Of a DNA stretch of 64,000 nt, positions 1 to 11,213 are shown piece by piece. This DNA is from an uncultured virus (IMG/VR IMGVR_UViG_3300042484_001031) (lineage: Duplodnaviria > Heunggongvirae > Uroviricota > Caudoviricetes): IMG/VR virus record IMGVR_UViG_3300042484_001031, positions 62,001-126,000 of that record, one strand, 5' to 3'. Each line of letters begins with the position of its first letter. Within the stretch, counting starts at the first letter, position 1. The notes beneath the pieces are model-generated. The model searched no databases. It saw only the letters and a program-made list of their open reading frames with translations, and had not been told where the DNA came from. The translations under genes were made by a program, and so were the position numbers.

Positions 1-336
1 GGTACCGGTAATTACTGCTACATTGGCATTCCCGGCAGAACTAAAATTTATATTGCCATTAACTGCTGGGATATTTACATTACTTGTACCATTAGATATA
101 CCAGCAATGCTACCACCCTGACTAGCCCAAGATAGATTTCCAGTACCATCAGTTTGTAATACATAACCATTAGTGCCGCCAGTAATTTTTACATTACCAA
201 CATCACCTAGATTTGCTAAACTTGTGACACTAATATTTCCAATAAAGTAATTTGCCTGCACGTTTGCATTAGCAGAATGCAATGATATATTTCCGGTCGT
301 GAGGCCGTTCTTTACGTTAAAATATTTAAATGACAC
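1..336 (-). CDS. Fibre-like virion protein, N-terminal part (runs off the left edge; not in ORF track)
   Basis: Manual translation from GTG at 336 gives MSFKYFNVKNGLTTGNISLHS...ITGGTNGYVLQTDGTGNLSW...ISNGTSNVNIPAVNGN, open to base 1. It is paralogous to the N-terminus of 403..3942 (MTTKYFNVKQGITTG). Confidence 0.8.
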   Translation of the reverse strand, partial: MSFKYFNVKNGLTTGNISLHSANANVQANYFIGNISVTSLANLGDVGNVKITGGTNGYVLQTDGTGNLSWASQGGSIAGISNGTSNVNIPAVNGNINFSSAGNANVAVITGT

Positions 337-370
337 AGTTCCATATTCCCTGTTTTACGAATTGTATTAT

Positions 371-398
371 ATTTATCCCCCATTTAAGGGGGATAAAT
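371..398. terminator. Intergenic stem-loop, probable terminator
   Basis: Perfect 11-bp inverted repeat atttatccccc-atttaa-gggggataaat just past the stop of 403..3942. Confidence 0.6.
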
Positions 399-402
399 TT
401 GA

Positions 403-3400
403 TTAAGTTTTGATGTACGTACTAACTAAATTGACTTTTAAGTTTGCACTAGCTCCAGTCGCATACACCGATACATTTCCGGATACTCCGTTAATATTAC
501 TTGATAATTCAATAATATCAGCAGTGTTATTACTACAAATGCTACCATAAATTGTAATATAAGCTGTAGTACCGTCATGTATCAATAGTGTTTCTACTGA
601 TTGGAATCCATCATCACCTGATGCACTAATAATATATTTCGCTGTTCTAAATGTACCTGGGGCAAATTGATCAACAACTGTATTAGTAGTTACTACTACA
701 TTTGAACGATTACTTGTTAATCCACCGTTAAGAGCAACATAGTTAGCAGTTAAGTTACCAAAAGTAGTTGCACCTGTTACTATTAATGTACCTACATTAG
801 CAGTACCAGCAGTGCTTATGTTACCACCAGATATATTACCAGTAACATTAGCTATACCACTAATGCTTATATTACCGCCGGATATGTTACCGGTTACATC
901 TAAACTTGTTAATGTACCAACGCTTGTGATATTTGGTTGAGCATTAGTTGTTACTGTGGCCGCTGTACCCGCCGTTGCTACATTTAAGTTAGCAACCTGA
1001 GTAGTAGATGAGACTATGAACGGTGCAGTACCAGTTGCTATTATAGAAGTAAATGTATTAGCAGATATATTATTAACATTACTAATATTACCACCTGAAC
1101 CAGATGTTGTTATATTACCAGCAGTTAAATCCCCAGTAACATTTAATGTGCCTGCTATATTAGCACCGGTACCAGTAATAACAACTACATTGGCATTGCC
1201 AGCAGAGCTAAAGTTTATATTGCCATTAACTGTTGGAATATTTACATTACTTGTTCCGTTACTTATACCTGATGAGTTGACTGAGACAAAAGACAATCCA
1301 CCAGAACCATCTGTACTTAATACTTGACCACTTGTTCCACCTGATATATGTAAGTTAGCTACTGCGCCTAATGTAACATTAGCTGTAGTTGTAAAATTAA
1401 CTACACCGGTTGCATTGCTTACTGTTAATCCAGTTAAACTGCCAACACTTGTAATATTTGGTTGAGCCGCAGTTGTTAGTGTACCTGTAAAGAAATTAGC
1501 ACTTACTAAGTTAGCGCCAGTGATGTTACCGGCAACTAAATTACCAGTGATATTAGCTGTACCAGATATGTTAGCACCAGTACCAGTAACCACCAATGTA
1601 GTGTTACCGGCTGCAGTAATATCAACGTTACCATTAACTGTTGGAATATTTACATTACTAGTTCCGTTACTTATACCTGATGAACTTATTGAGATGAATG
1701 ACAATCCACCTGAACCATTTGTGCTTAGTACTTGACCATTAGTACCGCCGATAATTGTTATATTACCAACTGCCCCTAAATTACTTGTACCAGTAACTGC
1801 CAAAGTCCCTACATTAGCTGCTCCAGCTGTACTTATATTACCACCAGATATATTACCTGTTACAGTTAAACTTGTTAGTGTACCAACTGAAGTAATATTT
1901 GGTTGAGCCGCAGTTGTTAATGTACCTGTAAAGAAATTAGCACTTACTAAGTTAGCGCCAGTAATGTTACCACCTGAGCCTGCGCCTGTACTGATATTAC
2001 CAGCACTGATGTTACCGGTAACTGTTAAATTACCTAATGTTCCAACACTTGTTAAATTACTAGTAACAATATTTGCATTCAATGCAGTACCGGTTAAGTT
2101 AGCCGCATTAGCAGTAATTGCTGTGTTAGATGCCGCTGTTAGTTGACCTTGTTGATTAACTGTAAATGTTGCTACAGCATCACCACTACCGTATGAACCA
2201 GAAGTAACTGCTGTATTACTAATACTAAATTCATTGCCAGTTAATGTCAATCCTGTACCAGCTATGTATGAACCAGCTCCAGAGAATTGTACCCAAATAA
2301 TTTGTGTTGTACCAACTGTTATTGGTGTATTTGCAGTAGAAACCCAACCTGTATCTGCATTATATGTACCTTGTTCAACAAAGGTAAATGCTCCTGCCAT
2401 TTCAGTACCAACGTCAAAATCAGTTGAACGTGTTAATATGAAGGGAGCCGCACCTGAACCAACTTGTGTTACTACATAGATACCATTGAATGCGGCTGAT
2501 TGTGTTGTAGTATTAACAAATGCACCAACTTCATTCTTTATCAAAACACGTTCATTGAGAGATGGAGTTGATCCGTCAATACTTAATGCGCCGTTTGAAG
2601 AACTAGTAATTGTTGCTCCAACACCACTTGTTCCATTATTGTATGTGTATCCACTACCAAAAATACTTGTTGTAGTAGCATATACTACTGATGCCTTAGG
2701 ATCTAGTCCTTGGGCAACACTATCAACATATGCTTTAGTAGTAGCATCAGTATCATTAACTGGTGTAGCAAGACCTGTAATGTTAAAGCTATTCATACTA
2801 ACATTACCACCAAAACTACCTGTTCCAGTTGCAATCAATACTGCTGTACCCAAGTTACCAACGTTAGCATTACCGGTAACACTTAATACACCGGGTGTAG
2901 TTAAATTACCAACGTTAGCATTGCCACTTACAAGTAATGATGTTAGTGTACCCAAACTAGTAATGTTACCCTGTGCGTTGCCTGTTACTGTGACTGCGAA
3001 TGTTGCATTACCAACAGTACCAGTAACATTTGCACCAGCAATATTTGTTAAGCCTGCACCATTACCTGTAAATATACCTGTATTAGCGGTAATGTTAGCG
3101 GCAGTGATGTTTCCATTTACGTCAAGACCAGTTAATGTACCAACACTAGTAATATTAGCTTGTGCGGCACCTGTTACTGCTACTGCTAAACCAGCTGTTG
3201 CTACATTTAAGTTAGCAACCTGTGTTGTTGAAGTAACAACAAACGGTGCTGTGCCAGTAGTTATAATAGAAGTAAATGTATTAGCAGATATATTATTAGC
3301 ACCGGTAATGTTACCAGCTGAACCAGCTGTTGTTATATTACCTGCAGTTAAATTTCCAGTAACATCAAAATTACCAGATACATTTGCACCAGTACCAGTA

Positions 3401-3942
3401 ACTACTAATGTAGTATTACCGGCTGCTGTAATATTAACGTTACCGTTAACAGCTGGAATATTTACATTACTTGTACCGTTAGCAATTCCTGAGCCTGCTG
3501 AGATTGGTGCCCATACTAACGCACCTGAGCCATTTGTTTGTAGATAATATCCGTTAACACCACCAGTAATAGTAACGTTACCAACATTACCTAAATTACT
3601 TGTACCAGTAACTACCAGTGTTCCTAAGTTAGCTTCACCTGCAGTACTTATATTGCCACCGGATAAATTACCTGTTACAGTTAAACTTGTTAGTGTACCA
3701 ACACTTGTAATATTTGGCTGAGCATTTGTATAGACTGTGCCGGCAACTAGTGCGTTACCAACTTGTCCAGATACATTTGCACCTGCTATATTACTTAAGT
3801 TATTACCAGCACCAATAAAGAAATTAGCGGTAAGAGCGTTACCCAAATTAGCATTGTTTGCTGTAATATTACCGGTTGTAGCATCTAGTAATATATTACC
3901 AGTTGTTATACCTTGTTTTACATTAAAATATTTTGTAGTCAT
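403..3942 (-). CDS. Long fibre-like virion structural protein (1179 aa)
   Basis: G/N/T/V-rich beta repeats (AQPNITSVGTL, ISNGTSNVNIP), a TKAYVDSVAQGLDPKASV domain, and a C-terminal domain (FRTAKY..VETLLIHDG) shared with neighbours; AAGGA RBS. Confidence 0.75.
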   Translation of the reverse strand: MTTKYFNVKQGITTGNILLDATTGNITANNANLGNALTANFFIGAGNNLSNIAGANVSGQVGNALVAGTVYTNAQPNITSVGTLTSLTVTGNLSGGNISTAGEANLGTLVVTGTSNLGNVGNVTITGGVNGYYLQTNGSGALVWAPISAGSGIANGTSNVNIPAVNGNVNITAAGNTTLVVTGTGANVSGNFDVTGNLTAGNITTAGSAGNITGANNISANTFTSIITTGTAPFVVTSTTQVANLNVATAGLAVAVTGAAQANITSVGTLTGLDVNGNITAANITANTGIFTGNGAGLTNIAGANVTGTVGNATFAVTVTGNAQGNITSLGTLTSLLVSGNANVGNLTTPGVLSVTGNANVGNLGTAVLIATGTGSFGGNVSMNSFNITGLATPVNDTDATTKAYVDSVAQGLDPKASVVYATTTSIFGSGYTYNNGTSGVGATITSSSNGALSIDGSTPSLNERVLIKNEVGAFVNTTTQSAAFNGIYVVTQVGSGAAPFILTRSTDFDVGTEMAGAFTFVEQGTYNADTGWVSTANTPITVGTTQIIWVQFSGAGSYIAGTGLTLTGNEFSISNTAVTSGSYGSGDAVATFTVNQQGQLTAASNTAITANAANLTGTALNANIVTSNLTSVGTLGNLTVTGNISAGNISTGAGSGGNITGANLVSANFFTGTLTTAAQPNITSVGTLTSLTVTGNISGGNISTAGAANVGTLAVTGTSNLGAVGNITIIGGTNGQVLSTNGSGGLSFISISSSGISNGTSNVNIPTVNGNVDITAAGNTTLVVTGTGANISGTANITGNLVAGNITGANLVSANFFTGTLTTAAQPNITSVGSLTGLTVSNATGVVNFTTTANVTLGAVANLHISGGTSGQVLSTDGSGGLSFVSVNSSGISNGTSNVNIPTVNGNINFSSAGNANVVVITGTGANIAGTLNVTGDLTAGNITTSGSGGNISNVNNISANTFTSIIATGTAPFIVSSTTQVANLNVATAGTAATVTTNAQPNITSVGTLTSLDVTGNISGGNISISGIANVTGNISGGNISTAGTANVGTLIVTGATTFGNLTANYVALNGGLTSNRSNVVVTTNTVVDQFAPGTFRTAKYIISASGDDGFQSVETLLIHDGTTAYITIYGSICSNNTADIIELSSNINGVSGNVSVYATGASANLKVNLVSTYIKT
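1451..1971. repeat. ~80-bp near-identical direct repeat within the fibre gene (1451-1530 and 1892-1971)
   Basis: gtaatatttggttgagccgcagttgtta(g/a)tgtacctgtaaagaaattagcacttactaagttagcgccagt(g/a)atgttacc; 2 mismatches by eye. Confidence 0.85.
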
Positions 3943-3953
3943 TTTTGATCCTT

Positions 3954-5510
3954 TTAATCTGCTACGTAAACGCCCAATAAATTCACCGTTGTGTTAGCTG
4001 AGCCAGTTGTGGCTAGCAACCTAACATTTCCGGAAATTACATTCGTTGACAATGCTATAATATCGAACCCTACAGTAGATAAACTACCATATATAGTTAC
4101 ATAACTATTAGCACTATCGTGTATCAATAATACTTCAACAGCTTGATATCCGTCATCACTGTTGACTCTCATTGTGTATTTAGCTGACCTGTATTTAATG
4201 ACCGGAAAGCTATCAATTACTGTATTTGTTGTAACAGCTATTGGTGTTCTGTTACTATAGATATCACTGACTTTTAAGTTTGTTATTGTTGCTGTATCAT
4301 TAACAATCAAATTACCTCGGGCAGTTACATTTCCTGTAGTACTTCCCATTGAAATATTAGCTATTAGACCAAAATTAATATTACCAATTGCTGTAGTAAA
4401 AATACCAGCATCACCGCCACTAACAGCTACTGTACCAGTACTTAATGTTAATAACCCGGCAGTTGACGATATATTTCCAGTAATACTAGCATTGCCACTA
4501 GCAATAATATCACCCGTCACATCAACATTAGTTCTATTAATAGTTGCTACTATATTAGCTGTACCAGAACCGCCTACTATGAATTTTACTGCGCTAGGAA
4601 TTTTACTAGTTCCTATAACTAAATTACCACCACGTACATATAGATATCCGTCATCTGGCGTTAGTGCATTACCTAAACTATTTGTTTGAGTACCGTCCCA
4701 TGCACTACCTGTAATACCCATATTGATATAGTTGTTTACACTATTACCATTATCTGAGGTTAATGCAATGTCAGTACTAGATGTTGCTCCGGTATTGATA
4801 TTTTGAAAATTTATCTGTGACGCACTATTTAAGTTACTAGTAAATTGTACTATAGTGTTTGGAACAGCAGTAAAACCAGTAACACCTGCCTGCAATGCAT
4901 TTTTACCATTAATACTGTTGCCAGAAAATATACCATTTGCGGCACTTATATTAGCTGTTGTTAATGTATTTGTTACAGAATTAAACGTAAGATTTGCGGT
5001 TGCACCAAACTCATTATCATTATTAAATTGAATTTGTGTATTGCTACCGGCTGGTACACCACCTATGTCCCATGCCGCCCCGTTTGCATATAATAAATGA
5101 TCGGTTAGTACATTTCCGGCTGATATATTACTTGTTACTGATAAATTACCTAATGTTCCAACACTAGTGATATTGGGTTGACTTGAACTTGTACTATCAA
5201 ATACGCCATGGAAGAAATTAGCAGTTACAAGATTACCTAAATTAGCATTACCGGATGATATATTACCAGTTAGACTTAATGAAGTACTAGTGCCTGGATA
5301 AGCTGTGGTTTGAGTTGTGGTATCCGGAAATACAACATTTCCGGTACTATCAAAATTCCAAACTTTATTACCATTATCAGATACTATATCAACATCTATG
5401 TATGAAGTAATCTTAGATGTAAAAACATTACCTGAGGTATCTATAACCTCGGTGAGTTCATCACCCACCGAGAATCCATTTATAGAATTAAACCATCTAA
5501 TTGTTGCCAT
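3954..5510 (-). CDS. Fibre-like virion structural protein (518 aa)
   Basis: N-terminal FNSINGFSVG motif, GSNTQIQFNNDNEFGA module, C-terminal YRSAKY..VEVLLIHD domain shared with paralogs. Confidence 0.75.
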   Translation of the reverse strand: MATIRWFNSINGFSVGDELTEVIDTSGNVFTSKITSYIDVDIVSDNGNKVWNFDSTGNVVFPDTTTQTTAYPGTSTSLSLTGNISSGNANLGNLVTANFFHGVFDSTSSSQPNITSVGTLGNLSVTSNISAGNVLTDHLLYANGAAWDIGGVPAGSNTQIQFNNDNEFGATANLTFNSVTNTLTTANISAANGIFSGNSINGKNALQAGVTGFTAVPNTIVQFTSNLNSASQINFQNINTGATSSTDIALTSDNGNSVNNYINMGITGSAWDGTQTNSLGNALTPDDGYLYVRGGNLVIGTSKIPSAVKFIVGGSGTANIVATINRTNVDVTGDIIASGNASITGNISSTAGLLTLSTGTVAVSGGDAGIFTTAIGNINFGLIANISMGSTTGNVTARGNLIVNDTATITNLKVSDIYSNRTPIAVTTNTVIDSFPVIKYRSAKYTMRVNSDDGYQAVEVLLIHDSANSYVTIYGSLSTVGFDIIALSTNVISGNVRLLATTGSANTTVNLLGVYVAD

Positions 5511-5529
5511 ATTATGTAATCAGCAATAA

Positions 5530-8500
5530 TTAAATTGTCCTAATCTGTGTAGTCCAAGCAGTACTGTTACTACTAGATGGTGTAGCTTGCAATAATACAT
5601 TGCCTGAAGCAACATTAACTGCTAGTGTTCCTGTAGTAGTACCAATACGAACTGTTCCGTAAATTACGTAATCTGCATCAGTACCATCAGTAACAGCTAA
5701 TACAGTTGCTACACTATATTTTGATCCTGCTGAATCATATCCTTTAACTAAGAATTCAACACCTGTCACATTAGAACCAGTTAACTGGAATGTAGCAATT
5801 GTTTGATTAGCAGTAATAGATGTAGTACTTACTGTGTTTGCAGTAATTGATGTATTACCAATACCCAATGTAGTAACAGCAAATGAGTTTGCACTTAACG
5901 AACCGGTTGAAAGATTTCCAACTGTTACATTACCTATCTTAGAAACACTGAATTTACTTGCACCGCCAACTTGCAAGTCCATCAATAATGAGCCTGCACT
6001 AGAGTTAGTGTCAGTTATATTTTCTAGTATACCAGTAAATGTTGCTGAAGCATTATTCCAAGTTTGACTTACATTTATAGCTGATTTACTTGTCGTTATA
6101 GTTCCAGTTGATAGTTGTGCTGTATTTCCTACAAAATTATCAGCGTTAACGTTAGCTGTTGCGGTAAATGTATTTGCAGATACTACATTAGCACCAGTAA
6201 TATTTCCACCAGAACCAGTTGTACTAATGTTACCAAATGTACCATTACCAGTTGCAGTAACTGCGCCGGCTGTACTAATATTTCCACCAGATATATTGCC
6301 AGTTGCAATAATTAGACCAGCTGTACCTAAATTACCTACGTTAGCATTACCAGTAACATCTAGTGTTAAGTTAGCCGTTAATACATTAGCAATAACATTT
6401 CCTGTTATTGTTACTGATGTACCAGTTGCCGCACCAATATTAGGTGACGTAAATGCTGCGCCAGCCGGAACATAAATGTTACCATTACCGTCAAACGCTG
6501 TTGTTGGGTTAGGGTTACCGTCAACCTTAGCATTAAACTGTGTGCCTATTAATACTAAACCAGCACTTGTATTAGCAGTGAATGAGCCAGCACCAGAGAA
6601 CTGTACAAATACAATATCAGTTGTACCAACAGTAACTGGTGAGTTAGTTGTACATACCCAACCAGTATCAGCATTAGTTGTACCATATTCAACGAATACA
6701 AACGCACCTGGTATCTCACCACTTGGTGATGCACTATCAAAGTCAGTTGTTCTAGTAAGTACGTATGCAGCCGCACCTGAACCTGCAGCAGTAACTACAT
6801 ATATACCATTATAAGGTGCATTAGTTGTAGTTTCATTTTTAACCAATACTCGTTCGTTTATGGAAACTGCAGATCCATCAATTGACAATGCGCCAACTGC
6901 GTTACCTGTAATTGTTGCTCCTATGCCACTTGCACCGTTATTGTAAGTGTAAGCAGGAAGTCCGGCTGCTGTAGCATATACTACAGATGCTTTTGGATCT
7001 AGTCCTTGAGCAACACTATCAACATATGCTTTAGTAGCGGCATCATTATCTAGTGTTGGTGTAGCAAGATTTATAATTTTCTTACTAGAAACACTAACAT
7101 TACCGGCACCAGTTGGAACTAGTATAACATCATTGTCACCGGGTGCGGCAGTTAATGTTAACGTAGTAGTATTAGAAGTTAATGTAGGTGATACCAATGC
7201 AAGTGCATTAACGGTGACACTAGCATTGATACTAGAGGTAGTTATATTTCCAACACTTATGTTACCTGTACCAATAATTTGACCATTACCAAAACCAAGA
7301 TTACCAACGTTAGCATTGCCAGTCGTTGTAATTGTATTAGATCCGGCAGCGATAGTACCAATAATGTTACCAGCAGTTATATTACTTGTAGCAACAATAT
7401 TACCTGTAGAAATACTGACGTTAACTGTGCTATTACCAACATTTAATACATTGGCTAAATTAGCAGTATTAGATGTTTTGTCAAAAGTAAATCCAGTACT
7501 TGAATTTGCAAAGCTATCATCATTAAATACAATTCCAGTATTTGAACCAGGTATTGTAACATTACCTGTGATATTACCACTGAAGTTACCACTAAAGTTA
7601 TTAGCAGATATAGTACCAGTAGTAGTAATATTTGCATTAATAGTTAATAGATTTGAAGACAATACCATTAAGTTAGCTATTGGTATATTACCATTAGCAG
7701 GGTCAGCAATGTTGAAAGACACATTACCGTTTGGTGTTGTAGTTACAGTTGTATTACCGTTAACAAGTTTATCGGCTGCAATAGCAACAACACCTGTTAA
7801 TTGACTACCGTTACCTAAGAAGTAACTACCAGTCACGTTACCAGTTGCAGTAACGTTACCTGTAACAGTTAATAAATTAGTACTATTATTGAAAGTGAAA
7901 TTAGCACTAGCACCTAAGTTTCCGTCACCGTCATTAAATTGAATCTCTGTGTTTGCGCCAGCTGGGGTAATAAAGTCCCATGGTGTTCCATTTGCATATA
8001 ATAAATTGTTAGTACGTAGGTTACCTACATTTGCTGTATCAGTTACAAATAAATTGCTTGATACATTTACAAAGTTTGCTGTAGCTAGATTACCTAAATT
8101 AGCATTGTTAAATTGAGCATTACCAAGAACAGTTAGTAGTTGAGTACTATCATCGTATATTAAATTACTAGAATCAGTTAATACACCACCAGTACCAGCA
8201 AATGTTACTCTAGTTGATGTTAATGCGTTAGAACGCAGGCTGTTAGCAATTACATTACCACTAAAGTTTGCTGTGTTACCTGAAAGTTCTAAATTAACTG
8301 TAACATTTGGAGCTACTACATTACCAATAAAGTTAGCTGTGTTACCTTGTATATTAAGACCAACGTTTGCATTACCACTTACAAAAACATCAGTTAAGAA
8401 TGTTGTATTTGAAAGTGCTATACCACTAGCATTTGATGATATATTTTGATCACCAATAAGAATACTACTACCACTTAGAAATAAATCTTTCCAACGATTT

Positions 8501-9141
8501 GTCGCATTACCCAAATTAAACGTTATGTTGGCTGAAGGAATTAAGTTTCCAGTTGTTGTACCAGAAATTTCTAAGTTACCAATATTAGCTAAACCAAGTG
8601 TATTTAAGTTAGCACCTGTAATATTAGCATTTGCAGTAATATTAGCACTAGCATTAATATTACCAGTGACATTTACTACATTGGCTAGATTAGCGATACC
8701 ATCAACATTTAATGAAATTAGATTACCAACATTAGTGATATTTGCTTGATTAGAACTTGTACTATCAAATACACCATGAAAGAAATTAGCAGTTGCAAGA
8801 TTACCTAAATTAGCATTAGTAGCACTAATATTACCAGTAATAGTTAATAGGTTAGTACTAGAGTTAAAGGTAAAGTTCGCACTAGCACCAAACTCATTAT
8901 CATTATTAAATTGAATTTGAGTGTTACTACCAGCTGGAATACCACCAATATCCCAAGGTTGACCGTTTGCGTATAACAAATGGTCTGTGCGTACATTACC
9001 AACATTTGCGGTGTCAGATACGTACAAATTGCCTGTTAGGTTAGCATTAGTTGTGGTAATGTCACCGTTTGCTAGTATAATATTGGCGGCATTTTCTCCT
9101 ACTGAGAAGCCGCCAATCGAGTTAAATGCTTTGATTGCCAT
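5530..9141 (-). CDS. Long fibre-like virion structural protein (1203 aa)
   Basis: Same modules as neighbours (FNSIGGFSVG, NTQIQFN, ANLGNLATANF, ATKAYVDSVAQGLDPKASV); TAAATA motif and AAGGA RBS upstream. Confidence 0.75.
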   Translation of the reverse strand: MAIKAFNSIGGFSVGENAANIILANGDITTTNANLTGNLYVSDTANVGNVRTDHLLYANGQPWDIGGIPAGSNTQIQFNNDNEFGASANFTFNSSTNLLTITGNISATNANLGNLATANFFHGVFDSTSSNQANITNVGNLISLNVDGIANLANVVNVTGNINASANITANANITGANLNTLGLANIGNLEISGTTTGNLIPSANITFNLGNATNRWKDLFLSGSSILIGDQNISSNASGIALSNTTFLTDVFVSGNANVGLNIQGNTANFIGNVVAPNVTVNLELSGNTANFSGNVIANSLRSNALTSTRVTFAGTGGVLTDSSNLIYDDSTQLLTVLGNAQFNNANLGNLATANFVNVSSNLFVTDTANVGNLRTNNLLYANGTPWDFITPAGANTEIQFNDGDGNLGASANFTFNNSTNLLTVTGNVTATGNVTGSYFLGNGSQLTGVVAIAADKLVNGNTTVTTTPNGNVSFNIADPANGNIPIANLMVLSSNLLTINANITTTGTISANNFSGNFSGNITGNVTIPGSNTGIVFNDDSFANSSTGFTFDKTSNTANLANVLNVGNSTVNVSISTGNIVATSNITAGNIIGTIAAGSNTITTTGNANVGNLGFGNGQIIGTGNISVGNITTSSINASVTVNALALVSPTLTSNTTTLTLTAAPGDNDVILVPTGAGNVSVSSKKIINLATPTLDNDAATKAYVDSVAQGLDPKASVVYATAAGLPAYTYNNGASGIGATITGNAVGALSIDGSAVSINERVLVKNETTTNAPYNGIYVVTAAGSGAAAYVLTRTTDFDSASPSGEIPGAFVFVEYGTTNADTGWVCTTNSPVTVGTTDIVFVQFSGAGSFTANTSAGLVLIGTQFNAKVDGNPNPTTAFDGNGNIYVPAGAAFTSPNIGAATGTSVTITGNVIANVLTANLTLDVTGNANVGNLGTAGLIIATGNISGGNISTAGAVTATGNGTFGNISTTGSGGNITGANVVSANTFTATANVNADNFVGNTAQLSTGTITTSKSAINVSQTWNNASATFTGILENITDTNSSAGSLLMDLQVGGASKFSVSKIGNVTVGNLSTGSLSANSFAVTTLGIGNTSITANTVSTTSITANQTIATFQLTGSNVTGVEFLVKGYDSAGSKYSVATVLAVTDGTDADYVIYGTVRIGTTTGTLAVNVASGNVLLQATPSSSNSTAWTTQIRTI

Positions 9142-9162
9142 GGTAATGTCCTTTTATAAATG

Positions 9163-9170
9163 TATTTATG
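9163..9170 (-). promoter_or_regulatory. Late promoter motif (CATAAATA)
   Basis: Resembles the T4 late promoter TATAAATA; intergenic, upstream of the RBS of 5530..9141. Confidence 0.6.
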
Positions 9171-9185
9171 CTAGGTATAATAAAG

Positions 9186-11213
9186 TTACTTTGCATATTG
9201 TATAATCATCAGATTATATTTGGTTAAATTAGTAGAATCCGGAGTCACTACCAATTGTATCGTATCAGGCGATCCTGCCTGATAATTCACTGAAAAACTT
9301 CCCACACCACCATTGATGTAGAGTCCTGAATACTCATTAAATACCACCTCAGTTCCTAGAACTGCGGCAGCTATTTTTGCTGTTTGTCTGGTGTTACCTG
9401 CTACATCTGTGGAAATAATAGTAAAATCTATAGCTGATAAGTTGGCCAATGATGTTGACCACAATAATTGATTAGGTGTCGTAGCGGCTGTAGTAGCAAA
9501 ATAAACAGTTGATTGATAAAATTCATTATCTCCTACACCCATTCTGAACGTATTTGCTATAACATTATTGGCAATAGACGTATTGCCCAAATTAGCATTA
9601 GCTGATGTAATATTACCAGATGCATTAAGCGTTACTGTAGATATTAAATTAGCCCCGGTAATATCACCGCTAGGGCCAGTGGTAGATAAATTACCAAATA
9701 TGCCATTATTACCGGTAATATTACCTGTAGCATTAAATGTAGTAACATTTGCTGTACCAACTACAGTTAGTAAACTTGTAGTTTTATCAAATGTAAAGTT
9801 AGCACTTCCACCAAATTCATTAATGTCGTTGAATTGAATCTGTGTATTGCTACCGCCGGGCGTGCCACCAAAATCCCAAGCTGAACCATTTGCGTATAGT
9901 AAATTATTAGTACGTACATTACCCACAGTTGCAGTATTAATTACAGATAAATTGCTTGATACATCTACAAAATTAGCGGTTGCTAAGTTACCTAAATTAG
10001 CATTATTAAACTGCGAATTACCTACAACAGTTAATAAATTAGTTGTTTGGTTAAATGTAAAGTTGGCACTAGCACCAAAGTTAGTATTGCCGTCATTAAA
10101 TTGAATCTGCGTATTAGATCCTGCAGCCTCTTGTAAATCCCAAGGTTGACCATTTGCATATAATATATTGTTAGTACGTAAATTACCTACATTTGCTGTA
10201 TCAGCTACAAAAAGATTACCTGATATATTTCCAGAATTTGCAGTAACTGTGTTAGATGATACATTAGACGTAATATTAGTAGCAGTTAAATTACCTGTAA
10301 CAGTTAAATAACCAGATACGTTTGTTCCGGTACCTGTAACAACTAGTGTTGTATTGCCGGTAGCAGTAATATTAACATTACCATTAGCAATTGGAATGTT
10401 TACGTTACTATTACCGTTTGCTACCCCTGAACTATTTAAGTTTGCTAAATATCCACCGTCACCAATAAAGAAAGCACCAGTGTTGGCAACAATATTTCCA
10501 CTAGCTGTTAGTGAGGTTGTTACGTGTATATTTCCAGAACCATTTGGAGTAAGAAATATATTACTGTTAGCAGTAATAGTACTGATAGTAGTATCAGTAA
10601 AGTTTAGATTACCAATATTAGTATTACCACTGATATTACCACTGGGTTGATTAGTTACACCAATCAAGCCTACATACTGATAACCTACAACATAAACACT
10701 TTTACCTGTAATAGGGCTGGCAATCTGAGTTGGTACATTTGCACCGTTGAAGTTTAATACACCAGATTGATAATCAAAGAACCATGTATCATCTCTTCCA
10801 GAACCAGCTTGGAATAATTTAGTACCTGATGTTTGTGGATTAGTTACACCAGTGTTGGCTACATATACTTGTACAAGATAGTTGTCGCCAAATTGAGTTG
10901 GTACCCAATTAATTTCGTTTGTCTTCCACGTTTGATTGTCAGGGGCGGTTAAGTCTTCAGTACATTCTACGCTAGGGCTAAAACTCCCTACACCATCTTT
11001 ATAAACTTTAATAATACTAGTTGTTGTGGCAGGCGGATTTCCTGTAATCTGGTCACTCTCCATCCAAACAAGATCGCCACGATATAGTAATGGGCTAGGG
11101 ATACTTTCATTGAAAGCTTCTTTAACTGTTGCTTCTGCAGTTTTGGTTACAGCGTAACCAACTTTTTTCCACAGATAGTCAATCTTTTGTGATTCGTTAA
11201 ACGTTGCGGCCAT
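9186..11213 (-). CDS. Virion structural/fibre-associated protein (675 aa)
   Basis: Globular N-terminal domain (QKIDYLWKK...WFFDYQSGVLNF) followed by shared fibre modules; start overlaps the upstream stop (TAATG). Confidence 0.7.
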   Translation of the reverse strand: MAATFNESQKIDYLWKKVGYAVTKTAEATVKEAFNESIPSPLLYRGDLVWMESDQITGNPPATTTSIIKVYKDGVGSFSPSVECTEDLTAPDNQTWKTNEINWVPTQFGDNYLVQVYVANTGVTNPQTSGTKLFQAGSGRDDTWFFDYQSGVLNFNGANVPTQIASPITGKSVYVVGYQYVGLIGVTNQPSGNISGNTNIGNLNFTDTTISTITANSNIFLTPNGSGNIHVTTSLTASGNIVANTGAFFIGDGGYLANLNSSGVANGNSNVNIPIANGNVNITATGNTTLVVTGTGTNVSGYLTVTGNLTATNITSNVSSNTVTANSGNISGNLFVADTANVGNLRTNNILYANGQPWDLQEAAGSNTQIQFNDGNTNFGASANFTFNQTTNLLTVVGNSQFNNANLGNLATANFVDVSSNLSVINTATVGNVRTNNLLYANGSAWDFGGTPGGSNTQIQFNDINEFGGSANFTFDKTTSLLTVVGTANVTTFNATGNITGNNGIFGNLSTTGPSGDITGANLISTVTLNASGNITSANANLGNTSIANNVIANTFRMGVGDNEFYQSTVYFATTAATTPNQLLWSTSLANLSAIDFTIISTDVAGNTRQTAKIAAAVLGTEVVFNEYSGLYINGGVGSFSVNYQAGSPDTIQLVVTPDSTNLTKYNLMIIQYAK

